Below, one piece after another: positions 13,773 to 28,689 of a DNA stretch of 64,000 nt. Source of the DNA: Octopus vulgaris (taxonomy: Eukaryota); assembly GCA_951406725.2 (NCBI GenBank), contig OX597815.1, positions 63,240,001 through 63,304,000 on the forward strand. The letters run 5' to 3'. A program made the position numbers and the translations under genes. Every line of letters begins with the position of its first letter. The stretch's first letter is position 1. Below the pieces are notes generated by a model that saw nothing but the letters and a program-made list of their open reading frames with translations, was not told the origin of the DNA and did not search any database.

Positions 13773-14605
13773 CAAGGTGCATTCCAAACGTTTTAGAAAA
13801 TTTTAGGAGAAGCAGTTATAATTGTCCTAGATTAAAGTGATTTTAGCATATCGTTACTATACATCTAATAAACTCACCAACAATTCTAGATTAAAGGAGA
13901 CGGCTTTAACAGAACTTTGAACTCATCCTACTAAACTCTGCTATCACAACTGACTACTTTATAGAGTTTCGTTGGGACATCTGGAAGCTTGCTATGCAAT
14001 AACGTTTTGTGTTAAACTGGGGAAAAATGCGGCAGATATTTATGAAACACTTCAGACTGCTTATGAATTGACTAGCACCAGAGGTTCAAGGACGTTAGAA
14101 AGGAGGTGAAAGATGATGAGGAGGGCGGGTAGGAGAGGGAAGTCAGAGTTTCTGAGCTTGTTGATAAAATTAGAAATTTTCTGAATGAAGAAAATCGTGT
14201 GTCTATAAAGACAATAATCACACAAACAATAATCACAATAATCGCACTGAATCATGAAAATCCGAACCTGCGCAAACTTTGTGCCAAATTTGTTCTCAGG
14301 GTGTCCAATGACGAGTATCATGGTAACAAAATACTTGAAAGAAAAGGGCATCAAAACTGTCTTTCACCCTTCCTACAGCCCAAACCTTGCTCCCTGTAGC
14401 TTTTGGTTGTTACCCAAGCTGAAAAACGTCACGGGGAGTCGTTTTAAAGATACAGGATGCTGTCATTTGCAGAACTGCGATGAAGTGTCTGGAGACCTTC
14501 AATAAATGCATTGATCTCAAAAAGATCCTACTTTGGATTAGTTCTGTACTTCTTTTAAATTGATGTCTCTTGAAAAAAATATCAAAACTTCTGGAATGCA
14601 CTAAC
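13773..14605 (+). mobile_element. Degenerate mariner element
   Basis: LKLGKNAADIYETLQTAY N-terminus; FHPSYSPNLAPCSFWLLPKLK (YSPDL motif); TIR remnants gtgcattccaaacgtttt / aaaacttctggaatgcac. Confidence 0.8.
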
Positions 14606-14757
14606 CAATCGGTGGGATCAGATTTGAGGGCGATTTGAGAGGTATGTTCAGCACATCCATCATTCAAGTAGAGGCTCTTTCGTTGCTCAGTGAGACATCA
14701 TTTAGAATTCCTGTGGTGTGTGACGCACGGTGGTTTAGACAAAGCAGGTCTAAACAG

Positions 14758-14793
<36 letters not shown>

Positions 14794-14931
14794 TCATAAT
14801 ACATACATACGTATGTACGTACGTACACACACACACTCATACACACATATAGGTGTGTGTGTCGGTATGTATGCGAGTCTGTATATCCTTGGGCGTCTAT
14901 GTACATGTAATTATTTAAGCAAAGGTGTGTT

Positions 14932-14998
<67 letters not shown>

Positions 14999-16259
14999 GT
15001 ATACAGTATATATTCACACACACATATATATACGCATGCATACACACGCACGAACACACATTATATTAGTATACTTATAGTATACTTCAATTAAATGCTG
15101 GTAATTTCTCTTAGCAACCAAAATATAACTACCCCCTCTCTCTCTCTCTATCTCTCTCACTCACTCACTTTCTTTCTCTCCAGAAACCTAGTAATTACAA
15201 AAATATCTTGGAAACTAACCAGCAGACTAAATAACGGACCCTCTAATATTATAATCACCCGTGGCCTCATTTACTCACCCAACACCTAAAACTGACACTC
15301 ACTGATTTTCGTGAACTTACTTCCTATAGTCAACGCCTATCATGTGTTATTCGTTGGTTTTAAATCTAATTTCAAGTAAAACATGTTTTTTTTTTTGTAA
15401 TATAGAACCCTTAAATTAAGGGAGCCCCTATGTCGACGCATAACTTGATTGACAGAAATAGTAGTCAAATCTTCTGTAAAAGTTGCGCTTCATATTCTTC
15501 AATAGGAAGAATTGCCCCTGGTATACAATAAAACGTAATGGTCACAGTTCGAATGCTTTTTATCATGAATCAGCTTGATCAAAGCTGATCGCAGACTAAA
15601 GTACGAAGAAATTAATTGATCACCTTAAGCAAGAAAAGTTACTCATTATCATTCCTTTAGGTCACCATACATCTTTCTCCTTCCTGAGCCTGATGTACGA
15701 ATTATCAGAGCATATATTAATTTCAATGGCCTCACTTTCAACGTAAATTTTACTAGAAACTTGTACTTCTCCATAAGCAATACATACATACATACATACA
15801 TACATACATACATACATACATACATACATACATACGTACGTACATACATACATACATAATGACTGTCCATTCGATACCGTGGTAGGCCATTAAGAACATT
15901 GTGCACTCAGACGAATCTATACTTTACATTCTTGGCTCAACTGGTGACTAATGGTCCAAGCCCTTGATAAACATATATGTCCGCAGATATTGCAGACCCA
16001 GTTCTCCTCATTCACTGGTCATGCATTTTCCAGCAGCTTACTTACATTCCTTATGCTTTTCGAAAATATTCACTCCTTCTTTTCCTCCTTTCCTCCATTG
16101 GCGGCGACGACAAGCATTGCTTTTCCAATTGACATCCCATATTTCACATGCTTTCATTGAAGACTTTACAGAATCCTTAAATCGTTCCATTCACACACAC
16201 ACACACACACACCCACCCACACACACACAGACACACACACACACATATATATATATATG

Positions 16260-17804
16260 CTAGCATTATGACCCGGCGTTACCGGCTCATAGTGCTAGTG
16301 CATATATATATGTGAACATATTACATGTACATCTATATATATATACATCTACACATAAAATACAAAATACAAAATTATATCTTGATATCGCTAGCGATAA
16401 CAATACTCAAAATATATAACAAACAGGAATTGTAGGCCCGTCTCTTGCAATTTCGATCAATTGTATCTTGTCCTCCCTCTTGTATAGAAGTGTGGCTACA
16501 ATCCAGCCTACCTCTACTTCTGGGGGGACATTTTAAATGTTTATCCGGGACGTCCTATGCCCCAGATATAAAGGTAAAAATAAAATATTTCCTCTTTGCA
16601 AGGTTCGAGTCGAGTACTCCCTTGCACGCTCCGTTGACTCGAACCTTGCTTCTATTGTGGCGAATTTACCGCCTCTGGTTAGATATCTTTCATAGTCGCA
16701 ACAAGACACTTTTCGATGATGCTTTCCTCCAGGTGTTCAAATTTTTTTCTCTACATTGTATACTTTATAGACAATAGTATTTTCTTAAATTTAATTTTTA
16801 ATTTCGTTTGGTGGTGTTATCCTAGATTCACCGTCTATATCGGTGATCAATCCGAAATAGGTTTGTATTTCTTCTATTTTAATTTTAATGAGTTCGCGCC
16901 CGCCGACGGCTGTCGCGAAATTCATTTTTGGACTTTCTTCTATCGAAGGCATTCTAACAAAAATGCTTCCATGTAAACGGTGAAAATATTGTCAATTTCC
17001 CCAAACAGGGACACAATTCAATTTTTAAACAATAACCAAAGCTCCTTCTCCCAAAGGGGGAGGGTTACAGTTTACAATTATTTAACAAATGCAACACAAC
17101 AACGTTTCCCTTACGAGGGATCAACAAACGTGATAACAATAGTTAAACAGTAATAATAACAACAAACCTTACGGTGAATCAAGAAGCAGTACGCAGTTGA
17201 TATAATTTAATTTATTCCCATTCATGTGAAATCACTTATTCAAGTTCAAGTCATTGATGCAATTTTATACCAATTGCTATTTTTACTTTTGTTATGTTAC
17301 GATTATATTATACTTTAGTTTGATTTTAATTATTACTTACTACATATAAACCAATTGTTATTATTATCTCTAATTTTTATTGTTAAAGTGAAAGTATCTG
17401 ACATAAAATAGAGAAATGTTTTTGTTTCACTTTTAACACGTAATACTGAAATAGTGGAGAAGATATGATATTGTTATGGGCTCGCCCTAGGCAAGAAGCT
17501 GAACGTTTGTTTTTTTTGCCCATGAAACTACATGGACCCTAAGTAAGGCATGTGTAAAATTTGAATGAAATTAGTTGTGTAGTTCTCAAGTTTTAGGGAA
17601 TCGTAGTGGAGAAGATATGATATTGCTGTGTCTCGCCCTAGGCAAAAAGTTAAAAATTTTTCTGCCGATGAGACACCTCGGACCCTAAGTAAGGCATGTG
17701 TAAAATCTGAATGAAATTGGTTGTATACTTCTTGAGTTTTCGAGAAACACACAGACAGACAGACAGACAGACAGACAACATTCTCAGTCTTATATATAGA
17801 GAGA
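16260..17804 (-). mobile_element. Non-autonomous Helitron
   Basis: Minus strand begins A|TCtctctatatataag, then (CTGT)n and a ~150-bp internal tandem duplication; ends with hairpin tgagccgg taacg ccgggtca then CTAG. Confidence 0.7.
16441..16957 (-). pseudogene. Disrupted LINE ORF1-like fragment inside the Helitron
   Basis: Manual translation: RYLTRGGKFATIEARFESTERAREYSTRTLQRGNILFLPLYLGHRTSRINI*NVPPEVEVGWIVATL, resembling RRM-type ORF1 of L1/Tx1-like LINEs; stops and frameshift present. Confidence 0.45.
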
Positions 17805-19673
17805 TATCTTTTGATAACTATATAATGTATCTTCACTACCTATTCACTACAGTTGGTATTTTCCCGATTGTTACTACTACTGTCACATGTTCTCTGTAGT
17901 AATATTACGTTTAATAATGATACATTTCTGACGATTTTGCAGCAAGTGTAGAATATGTGATCTGTAATTTTGCATTATGTGACCAATGTTCACCTTGTGC
18001 TAATGAAACCTACGTGAGATGGTGTAATTAAACATATAAGCCTTTGATGCATGTGTGCGTGTGTGTGTATGCGCGCGTGTGTCGCACAGTATATTAAAGC
18101 ATTTGCAAAAAGTAATTTCATCAACAAGAACTCATCCATTAAAAAAAAAAGAAAACAAAAGAAATAAATAAAAGAAAAGCAAAATTCAACCTCAACTGAA
18201 ATGAGATATGGTTTAACTATTCAATCTCCACCTGAAGTTTCAAAAACTTCTTGAAATAAATCTCTAAGCTCTTCCCTGCTGGAAGTAAATGAAATATTTG
18301 GTTTAATAGAAATAATAATAAACTCAGCTACAGCTGTATTTCAAATACTACTGAATATTTGTAAGAAGCTATCGAGTTTAAACACAAAATATATCCAGTA
18401 ACCATACACATGGAGACTGGCCTTGAATCTACTAACACTGTGTAACACGATTTTTGTCCTCGGGTAGTAACTGCTATTTCCTGTTTGCTTACCTGTAGAA
18501 AGTATGAAAAATAGCCAATATTTTCTTCAAACTTTGCTTTTGTTATGTTTATTCAAACCCCGAAGAATCCCTTTCCTCTCAACACATGACTATGATGCTC
18601 CCCTGCTATTCTTGCTCATGATCAGAGACGCACGTATTGTCAGCCATTAAGGGACATACTCAAGTGGCTATGGTCAAGCAAATGACAAGCAAATCTGTGG
18701 TATTGAGCAACGTAGGAAATAAATTTTACGCTGAAAATTTTAACTGAATATTCCAATAAGCGTAAGATACTGGATGAAACTCGTAGTTACGTATGAAGGT
18801 CACTAATGACGAGAACGAATACAGCGGTTCAGAATTTTGGAGCAGCGCGTCCCACATACCCTGTGGCAAATGTATGTATGGTTGTGGGATCTGGATTGAA
18901 GACCCAGGTTTGCAAGTTTCAGGGTTTTGACAAAGGATAAACAGCCTTATAGCCACTATTGTTCCCAGCTCTTCCTCGTCAGGATCCGAACTATGGGTGA
19001 TGCCAATCCATCTCAACGTAGAGACGAAGAAATACTCTTTGTGGGTGTCAAATCATGCAGTAAAGTCATCGGAGGTGAAGACACCTGGGTGCTGTCACAA
19101 ATTCCTTCGTGGAGAGGGGACACTGATGTAAAATCTGCGGGTTTACGTAATTAAGGACCATCTCGTTTCGGCCTGTCCATAGATAGTTATGACGCGAAAC
19201 ATAAAGTGGCACACGTGCTCTAATCTAGTAATGCAAAGATGTCTATTTATGGTGACCTCATTTGGCATTCCATCAACTGAAAGACCTACGGCGATAAAAG
19301 AGGGACGAAGTGTGCACACTTTAACCTAATATAAATGAACAGTAACTAACATCTTTCGTTCATCAGTCATAATTCAAACAATGCATATCTGCAACGGGAC
19401 TGAATAGTGATCTGAGAGGTCATGGACAGGAACAGGAAACAAAAGAGGACGGTATCCACGAAGATGGAACAATCAACACAGATATATATATTAACGGGAG
19501 AGTGAGAGTGAGAGAGAGATACAGAAATAGATAGATAAATGCATACATACATACATGCATACATACACACACATGTAGATATACATGTATATGTATATAT
19601 ATATGTGTGTGTATGTATGTATATGATTATGTAAGCATATGTATGTACCTACATATGTATGTAAGTATCTATT

Positions 19674-19712
<39 letters not shown>

Positions 19713-19822
19713 AATCAATCTATTTAGCAATATATATGTGTATGTTTGTTTCTATGCCTATAACGTTATCTGTAACAGTATCTACCTCAAGAGTATATAT
19801 CCATCGTACCATATCTACAAGC

Positions 19823-19879
<57 letters not shown>

Positions 19880-19964
19880 GACATAGTTTTATATGTATAT
19901 ATATATATATATATATGTACATTTTCTCATCGCCTGGATATATCCGCCAAGACCAAATAAAAAG

Positions 19965-19965
19965 A

Positions 19966-20036
<71 letters not shown>

Positions 20037-20059
20037 TAATAATAATAATAATAATAATA

Positions 20060-20155
<96 letters not shown>

Positions 20156-20226
20156 TAATGATGATGATAATGATAATAATAATAACAACAACAACAACAA
20201 CACTAATAATAATAATAATAATAATA
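19965..20226. repeat. (TAA)n-dominated trinucleotide microsatellite
   Basis: Direct inspection. Confidence 0.9.
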
Positions 20227-20492
20227 AGAAGAAGAATATAATGATTCCTTCCATCTACCCCTCCCCTTCACTCTTCGACAAACAACAAAAAACACGTAAA
20301 CAACCAAAAACAAATTTAAGAAAAAAACCCAAATTTTTGACGATATGTTGTCGTATTGTAGGGGAAAGATATGGGAGATGATAATTACGTTTATATCGAT
20401 ACTTCTAAGCGTGTACGATATTCCATACAAGTATATGTATGTGTGTGCGTATACGCATGTGTGTGTATACACATATAAATTATATACAAACG

Positions 20493-20574
<82 letters not shown>

Positions 20575-20654
20575 AACAAACACACGTACATATCTATATA
20601 AATATAAATATCTGAATATTCAAATATATATATATGTATGTTTGTATGCATGTA

Positions 20655-20692
<38 letters not shown>

Positions 20693-21452
20693 TACATGCA
20701 TGCACACATATACACACACACCCACACATATACATACATTTATATATATATATATATACGCATGTATATGTGTAAAGAGAAAATACATTACAGATAAATA
20801 TGTACACATAAACATATATGCATATAATAACTATATATGTACACACAGACATACACGTACATACACACACACACACATATATTGGGATATATTTATATAA
20901 ATGCTGGTGTGCATCAGAAAATCGATATATGTTCGTATAAATTAACATTTGTATATAAACATGTCTCATTATCTTGATGTCTGTAACGTGCATGTGTGTC
21001 CGTATATGCGTGCACGTGTGTACGTTAGCTGTGCAATGTATGTATGCGTGCGCGTGTATATGTTTGTGTGTATGTGTATGTGTGTGTGTGTGTTGTAGTT
21101 GCCTGAATGTGTTTATGCCTATATATTCTCTGACAAACATTTTACAAATATTCCCTCATACACATTTGTATATCTATCGTAAGCGCTGCACAGCATTTAA
21201 TGTATACATACATAATACACACACACACACATACACACACACACACACACATACACATATATATGTATATATATTTGTGTAAATGCAATTGTATGTGTTA
21301 GATATTGAAATATGGCTATAAGTAGCTAAATAAATACAGACACAGTCACACTCTCTCACACACACGCGCACGTATAAACATGTGTGTGTATGTACGTGTG
21401 TGTATATGTGCGTGTGTGTGTATTCATACATATATATCTTATATATACATGC

Positions 21453-21498
<46 letters not shown>

Positions 21499-21774
21499 TT
21501 ATATAAATATACAGATATATATATATATATATAAGTATATACATATACATATTCATACACACTCACACGTACCTATACATACATACATACATACATACAT
21601 ACATACATACATACATACACACACACATGTGTATCTATATATACATGAATACACCTACATGAAGAACTGTTTCTACGGATTAATGAACGACCGTAACAGT
21701 ATATGATTTAAGTATGTACATACAAACACATACATATGTGTTTTTATATATATATATATGTATATCAACCTATC

Positions 21775-21812
<38 letters not shown>

Positions 21813-21923
21813 TACATATATATATGTATTTATATAGATATATAGATGTATATTAATATATATATTTATATATGCATTAAAATTCATACATATATATATA
21901 TATATTTACATATATATATTTAC

Positions 21924-22021
<98 letters not shown>

Positions 22022-22164
22022 GTATAAGTATATATGTGTGTGTATATATATATGCAAATAAAGATTTATATAAATACTCTTGTGTGAGTGTAAGTATTAA
22101 TCAAACGATAAGTATTTACATGCAGTTATACACTTAGACACTCCAATCGATATAAATATAATGT

Positions 22165-22211
<47 letters not shown>

Positions 22212-22256
22212 ATCAAATATATATATATATATATAAATATATAAATATATATATAA

Positions 22257-22293
<37 letters not shown>

Positions 22294-22963
22294 ATGTATA
22301 TATATATAAATATAAAATATATCTGTATGTACATACATAGATACATATATATGTATATATGATGTGTGTATATATATATGTATAAATATGCAATATATAT
22401 ACATATATGTGCATATATATATATATATATGTATGTATTCATGCTGATATATAAATATATTTATATATACATACGTATGTATGCGTGTATGTGTATGTGT
22501 GTCTATGCTCGTATGTGGATGTATGTTTGTAAGGAAATGTATTTATATATACATACATACATATATACGCACTCATATTTGTGGAATATAATCTCGAATT
22601 TACGGAATGAAAGACGAAATGGTGAAGCTGTGTACATAGCTGCTCCACGTGTGAGTTCAAGGTGAAGGTGTTGGTGATGCTAGAATAAGCGTGGTAGAGA
22701 AGAGAATGAAACGTTGAACGAGGAACGGAGGAAATGGCATCGAAAGAGATAGGAATTGAACGAGAGGGAGGAGGAGAGGTGTATAGACACAGCAACACAT
22801 ACGCACTCACTGATACGTTTATATAGGTTCTGTCATATGTACACACACGGCTGTGCGTGCTCCCGCGCTCACACGCATTCATACAATCACACAGACTTGC
22901 ACAGCATAGATGTTTGTATTCAAGTACATACATACAACACATACAAGCGTAGATACATCCATA

Positions 22964-23025
<62 letters not shown>

Positions 23026-23162
23026 AGCACGCGCACGCACACGTATATGTTGTGTGTTTAAGCATGCATATATGCATACATACCTACTTACACACAAATG
23101 CTTATATATAAGAATAGATATATACACTGAAGTTCGTATATATGTAGTAATAAAGAAATATA

Positions 23163-23198
<36 letters not shown>

Positions 23199-23348
23199 CG
23201 CTATATATTAATGTGTATGTGTATTTATATTTGTATATATATATATATATTTATATATAGATATAGTTATACACGCACACATACACACACTCATACAGAG
23301 AAATGTGTAGATGTGCCAACACAGATGTGTGTGTGTGTGTCTGTTTGC

Positions 23349-23389
<41 letters not shown>

Positions 23390-23940
23390 TGTGTGTGTGT
23401 GTATCTGTGTGTGTGTGTGTGCGTGTGTGTTTGTACATACGTGTTAGGGTTGGTGTTGTGTAAGGTTGTGTCAGCAGCGGACGGAGCGGTTGCAGAAGGA
23501 CGAAATTGAAGAGCGGGAAAACGAGACGAGAAAATGTGATCAAAGACGTGAGAAGAGGTGTGAACAACTGGCTGGAAGAGCGAAACGAAGAGCATGAGAT
23601 GGGTGAGTTAGGGGTGTCGGTTAGGTTGAGTTGAGATGAATGGAGATGATGGTGTGCAGTTAGGAATGGCGGGAGGCTGATGGGGAAACGATGTGTATGG
23701 CTTGTGGTGAGTGTGGTGAATATTGGCGGATATATATTTTGTATGTGTACGTGTTAGAAGGTGTGGGATGGACGTGCGAAAGAGAAATTGTGACAGATAG
23801 AGCGAGAAGTAGAGTGTTATATAGATATAAAGCTAGTTAAAAAGATAGATATATAAGTAGATAGATAGATAGAATGTATATTTACACATGCATGTATATA
23901 TATATATATATATATAAATATACACGTATATATATATATG

Positions 23941-24014
<74 letters not shown>

Positions 24015-24024
24015 CAATATATAC

Positions 24025-24069
<45 letters not shown>

Positions 24070-24177
24070 TATACATATAATATACATATATACCTACACA
24101 CACACACATATATATATACACACTCATAAATATGTGCACATATACATATAAATATACATATATACATACAAACAAAC

Positions 24178-24243
<66 letters not shown>

Positions 24244-24514
24244 GGATATATATATAAAGAGAGACAGAGAGATTGTGGTGTCGATAGCAGTCGAGAGATG
24301 AAACGAGATAAACAAGATAAATGAATATATTCACACACACATTCATACATACACACATACATAAATACATACATACACAAATATACATACATACACAAAT
24401 ACATACATGCACAAATATATACATACATACATATATATATATGTATGTATATATGTATATATATATACATATATATATATATGTGTATATATATGTGTGT
24501 ATATATATATATAT

Positions 24515-24667
24515 AGGCTGTATGGTAAGTAGCTTGCTTACCAACCACATGGTTCAGGGTTCCGTCCCACTGCGTGGAAACTTTGGCAAGTTTCTACTAC
24601 TATAGCCTCGGGCCGATGAAAGCCTTTTGAGTGGATTTGGTAGTAGGAAATTGAAAGAAGCCCGTCG

Positions 24668-24668
<1 letters not shown>
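24515..24668 (+). mobile_element. SINE 5' half
   Basis: Matches 10234-10392. Confidence 0.8.
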
Positions 24669-24717
<49 letters not shown>

Positions 24718-24720
<3 letters not shown>

Positions 24721-25112
24721 TTATATATAAAAATGTGGTTGTGTGCTGTCTGTCTCCTACGATTTGGATTCCTAACTACTCCCACATTTTGCGGTGCAGT
24801 TTAACCAAAACCGGGTATCTTGTAGTCGTGATTCCTATCGCGCCTTTCTGGGTATTAGCGCGCGTCTACGATGAGTCTACGATTTTAAAACAAATTTACC
24901 ATCAATTTTTCCCATTTTTAATGCATTTTTGGCATATATAAGGGAAGTAACTCTCTAAAAATTTATTATTAAATCTCAGAACGTAAAAAGCTACAGTAAC
25001 ACCCCCCTTTGTGGTTAGCAATATTGAGATCGCTATTATACTTTAAATCTCTAAAAATGCTTATATAGTTATTTCCCTTACAAACCCGAGCAACGCCGGG
25101 CGATACTGCTAG
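24718..25112 (+). mobile_element. Short non-autonomous Helitron (395 bp)
   Basis: A|TCtttatatataaaa 5' end; 3' hairpin cccg agcaacgc cggg then CTAG|T; inserted between A and T in (TA)n. Confidence 0.8.
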
Positions 25113-25122
25113 TATATATATA

Positions 25123-25533
25123 TTACTCTTTTACTCTTTTACTTGTTTCAGTCATTTGACTGCGGCCATGCTGGAGCACAGCCTTTAATCGAGCAACTCG
25201 ACCCCGGGACTTATTCTTTTGTAAGCCCAGTACTTATTCTATCGGTCTCTTTTGCCGAACCGCTAAGTTACGGGGACATAAACACACCAGCATGGGTTGT
25301 CAAGCAATGCTAGGGGGACAAACACAGACACACAAACACACACACGCATATATATATATATACATATATACGACCGGCTTCTTTCAGTTTCCGTCTACCA
25401 AATCCACTCACAAGGCATTGGTCGGCCCGGGGCTATAGCAGAAGACACTTGCCCAAGATGCCACGCAGTGGGACTGAACCCGGAACCATGTGGTTGGTTA
25501 GCAAGCTACTTACTACACAGCCACTCCTGCGCC

Positions 25534-25534
<1 letters not shown>
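25123..25534 (-). mobile_element. Full-length SINE, same family as 10234-10632
   Basis: Reverse complement matches head, internal microsatellite and tail. Confidence 0.9.
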
Positions 25535-25615
<81 letters not shown>

Positions 25616-25625
25616 CGTGTGTGTG

Positions 25626-25822
25626 TTTGTGTATCTGTGTGTGTCCCCAACCATCGCTTGACAACCGACGGTGGCGTGTCTACGTCCCCTTAACTTAGCG
25701 TTTCGGCAAAAGAGAACCGATAGGCTTACAAAGGATAAGTCCTGGCGTCGATTTGTTCGACTAAAAGGCGGTGCTCCAGCATGGCGGCAGTCAAATGACT
25801 GAAACAAATAAAAGAAAAGAAG
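25626..25822 (+). mobile_element. SINE 3' half
   Basis: Matches 10420-10632. Confidence 0.8.
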
Positions 25823-26100
25823 AATACACACACACTCCTTTGAGAGTTTTTTTCAATATTTCTTAGGTGAAATCGTGTTGGAACAGATATTGTTATATTT
25901 CGGGATTGTCATTTTTCTTGCCAAATAAACATACGTACTATATATTCGTTCTTCACTCGTTTTTTATTGTACTTATTTTCTCTTATGTCTATTGTCTGGA
26001 ATTATTTCGCCACACATCTGTGACTTTCATGGAATCTACTATCCAACAAGTATCCTCCTGTTCTATTTAGACTATTTTGTCTTTTATGTATGTATATATA

Positions 26101-26383
26101 TATACTAGAAGAAATGAGGTACTCAGAAATTCAGATGGTTTTATATTTACAGATATTTATTTGTATATTATCATGTTTTTATACATCATATAACTTAGAT
26201 AATGTATTAGCGCTTTCTCCCATTCTAGTGGGGTTTTCAAATCGAACTAAGTTCCTGTGTAAAATGTTTTGATCATTTTATAGTGTTATTGAGTGTGTAG
26301 TGGTGTGGAGGGATATAAGACAGTACAAGAGGGTGATGGATGGGGAGAAAGTGAGAGAGAGAGAGAGAGAGAGCATGTGTGTG

Positions 26384-26449
<66 letters not shown>

Positions 26450-26563
26450 TAAGCGCTAATACATAAGCTAAGTTATATGATGTATAAAAACATGTAATAC
26501 ACAAATAAATATCTGTAAATATAAAACCATCCGAATTTCTGAGTACCTCATTTCTTCTAATAT
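26101..26563. repeat. Head-to-head pair of PLE-type 3' ends (arms about 26101-26215 and 26452-26563)
   Basis: Arms are reverse complements; family also present at 44040-44240. Confidence 0.7.
26204..26243 (-). ncRNA. Degenerate hammerhead, U3-A8 variant
   Basis: gat-TTGAAAA-cccca ctagaa tggga-GAA-agcgct-a-atac. Confidence 0.55.
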
Positions 26564-26593
26564 AAAATACCTGTACATCATCTCCAAACCTTC

Positions 26594-26635
<42 letters not shown>

Positions 26636-26717
26636 TACACATATGTATATATATTAGACAGAATACGGTAATAAAGTCAAGGCAGTGAAGAGTTTTCGGG
26701 GCATTTATAATGAAATA

Positions 26718-26765
26718 GTCTTACAGCTGTTTCTGGGATATTACAGATGTTCCTTCATCAGAGAC
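26718..26765 (-). ncRNA. Type I hammerhead with canonical CUGAUGA core in a PLE-type 3' region (about 26655-27510)
   Basis: gtct-CTGATGA-aggaacatctgtaatatccca-GAA-acagctgt-a-agac; stem I perfect, palindromic stem III, GUA site; stem II imperfect. Confidence 0.75.
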
Positions 26766-27721
26766 GGTGTGAGAAAATATTTGAGTTCGAATTATTGTGG
26801 AATAGGAAGAGATAGGGAATATAGAGGAAAATAAGGGAATGAAAGTAGAAATAAGATATATGAAGATATTGTAATTGTAGTGCATTCGAGGAAAAGGGTG
26901 TATAGAAGTGGTAAAAAAGTTTCCTGTACATGGTATGTAAGTTCAAATAGCAGTTCATGTTTAGTCATTTCAAATATAGTGCCATGGAATCAGTACTGCT
27001 CGTTCGAAAGGGTTTTGTGATGTGAATGAAAATTTGAGAATGTATAGGTAATATTTCTGGATAGATGGCGGGAGGAGAGATGTGTATAAAACAGGAAGAG
27101 AAAATGAGAGGAAAAAGAGAGATAAAAGAAAAAAGGGGAGAGAGAAAAAAACAAAAAGTGAAATGAGTGAAAAGAAGTGAAGAAACGGTGAAAGAAGTGA
27201 GAAAAGGAGTTTTAGTTGGAGGTCAAGATAATGTGATGGGAGGATGGGAGAGATGTGGCGGCGGGATAGGAAGTGATGGGAAGTTAAGGAGTAAAAGAAT
27301 GTGAGATATATGAGTTGGGGTGATATGACAGAGCTGCATTAAAGGATGGGTAGAGAAAATGTAAGGATGGGGTGATACCGAAGAGAGTAGTAGTTTTGGT
27401 AGTAAAATTTGAAATGTAGGGAAGAATACAAGGATGTCAAATTACTATAAATAGACGTATGCGATAGGTTAGTGATAGGTAGGATTAAGAGAGGAGGAAA
27501 GAAGGTATAATAACATACGTACGATACATATATATATGTGCGAATATGTTTACATACACAAACACACTTATAAATACAGATATATAAATACGCCTATACA
27601 TATACATGTATATATACACATGCATGCTGACACGCATCCATAGATGTATTCATATACGCATGTGCGTGCGCATACATGTATACATATATGCATATGTATA
27701 TATGTATGTATTTATATATAT

Positions 27722-28480
27722 AGGGTACGATGGGTATATTGTCGCTATTCTATATCTTAATTTCGTATATGAGCATTGTTTGTTTTTGATGTTGTCGACT
27801 ACAGAGTAGGGTCAGTTTGGCACCGTCTGTTAGAAAAAGAACACCATGACGAAATTCACAGTCATAAATTTGGAAACGATATTCTGTATTGCTCCAATAC
27901 GAATATTTCGAGTGTTTGCGTATCATCTGAAGAAATTGCACTGTATTCAGGAAAAACTTGGATGAGTCTAATGGTGATTACGAAGGTACGGCAGCTCGGA
28001 AAACTCACTCAGATCGTTCTGATAAGAAAAGATCTGAATTTGCTGATGAGATCCAGGCCATGATTGACAACGATCTCTCCAAGTCAATCAGGTCCATCAC
28101 TCGAGACAGGAGTGTCTGAGTTTCTCATCAGGCAGGTAATGCATGAAGACATTCGGTATTCCTCATACAATATGAGAAAGGGCCAATTTGTATCCCAAGC
28201 CATCAAGGACAAGAGGAAGGATTGCTACGATGATTTTGAACAAATTCAAGCATCTCCTCCAACCGAACATGTTTTAGTTCTTCTCAAACAAGAAAAATTT
28301 CTGCCAGGATCAGATGATCAAGAGGGTGACTACCGGAAGAGACTATGTCTGGCAACAGGACTCTGCACTATGACACGCACGCAGGAGAACCTAGTCATGG
28401 TTGTCAAACAATTTCTGCGACCGCATCACCCACTAGCAAATCGTTGTCAGAGTATCTGCATAAGTGGTGTCAAGACTATC
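27722..28480 (+). mobile_element. IS630-Tc1-mariner relic (HTH region, internally deleted)
   Basis: Frameshifted KTHSDRSDKKRSEFADEIQAMIDNDLSKSIRSI / VSEFLIRQVMHEDIRYSSYNMRKGQFVSQAIKDKRK. Confidence 0.6.
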
Positions 28481-28689
28481 TAGTTTGTATTGGTATCGAG
28501 TCGATCAAGTTTGTAATAAGGAAGTCAAACTGAATAGAGATATTTTGAAATCATTCAGTACGTACTTCTTTGGCCAGTGTAGTATATAATAGGAAATGTA
28601 TGTATGTATGTATATATGTATATACTTACATATATATCAACACTCACACGCGCGCGCACGCACACACATATTCATGTATATATATTTCT

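Noticed and set aside
18726-19300. Unique-looking segment with short ORFs on both strands
   Set aside because: No recognisable motifs; probably a decayed repeat
23470-23610. Possible host exon ending at gtgagt
   Set aside because: One open frame but no clear acceptor tract or recognisable protein; cannot be supported without RNA-seq
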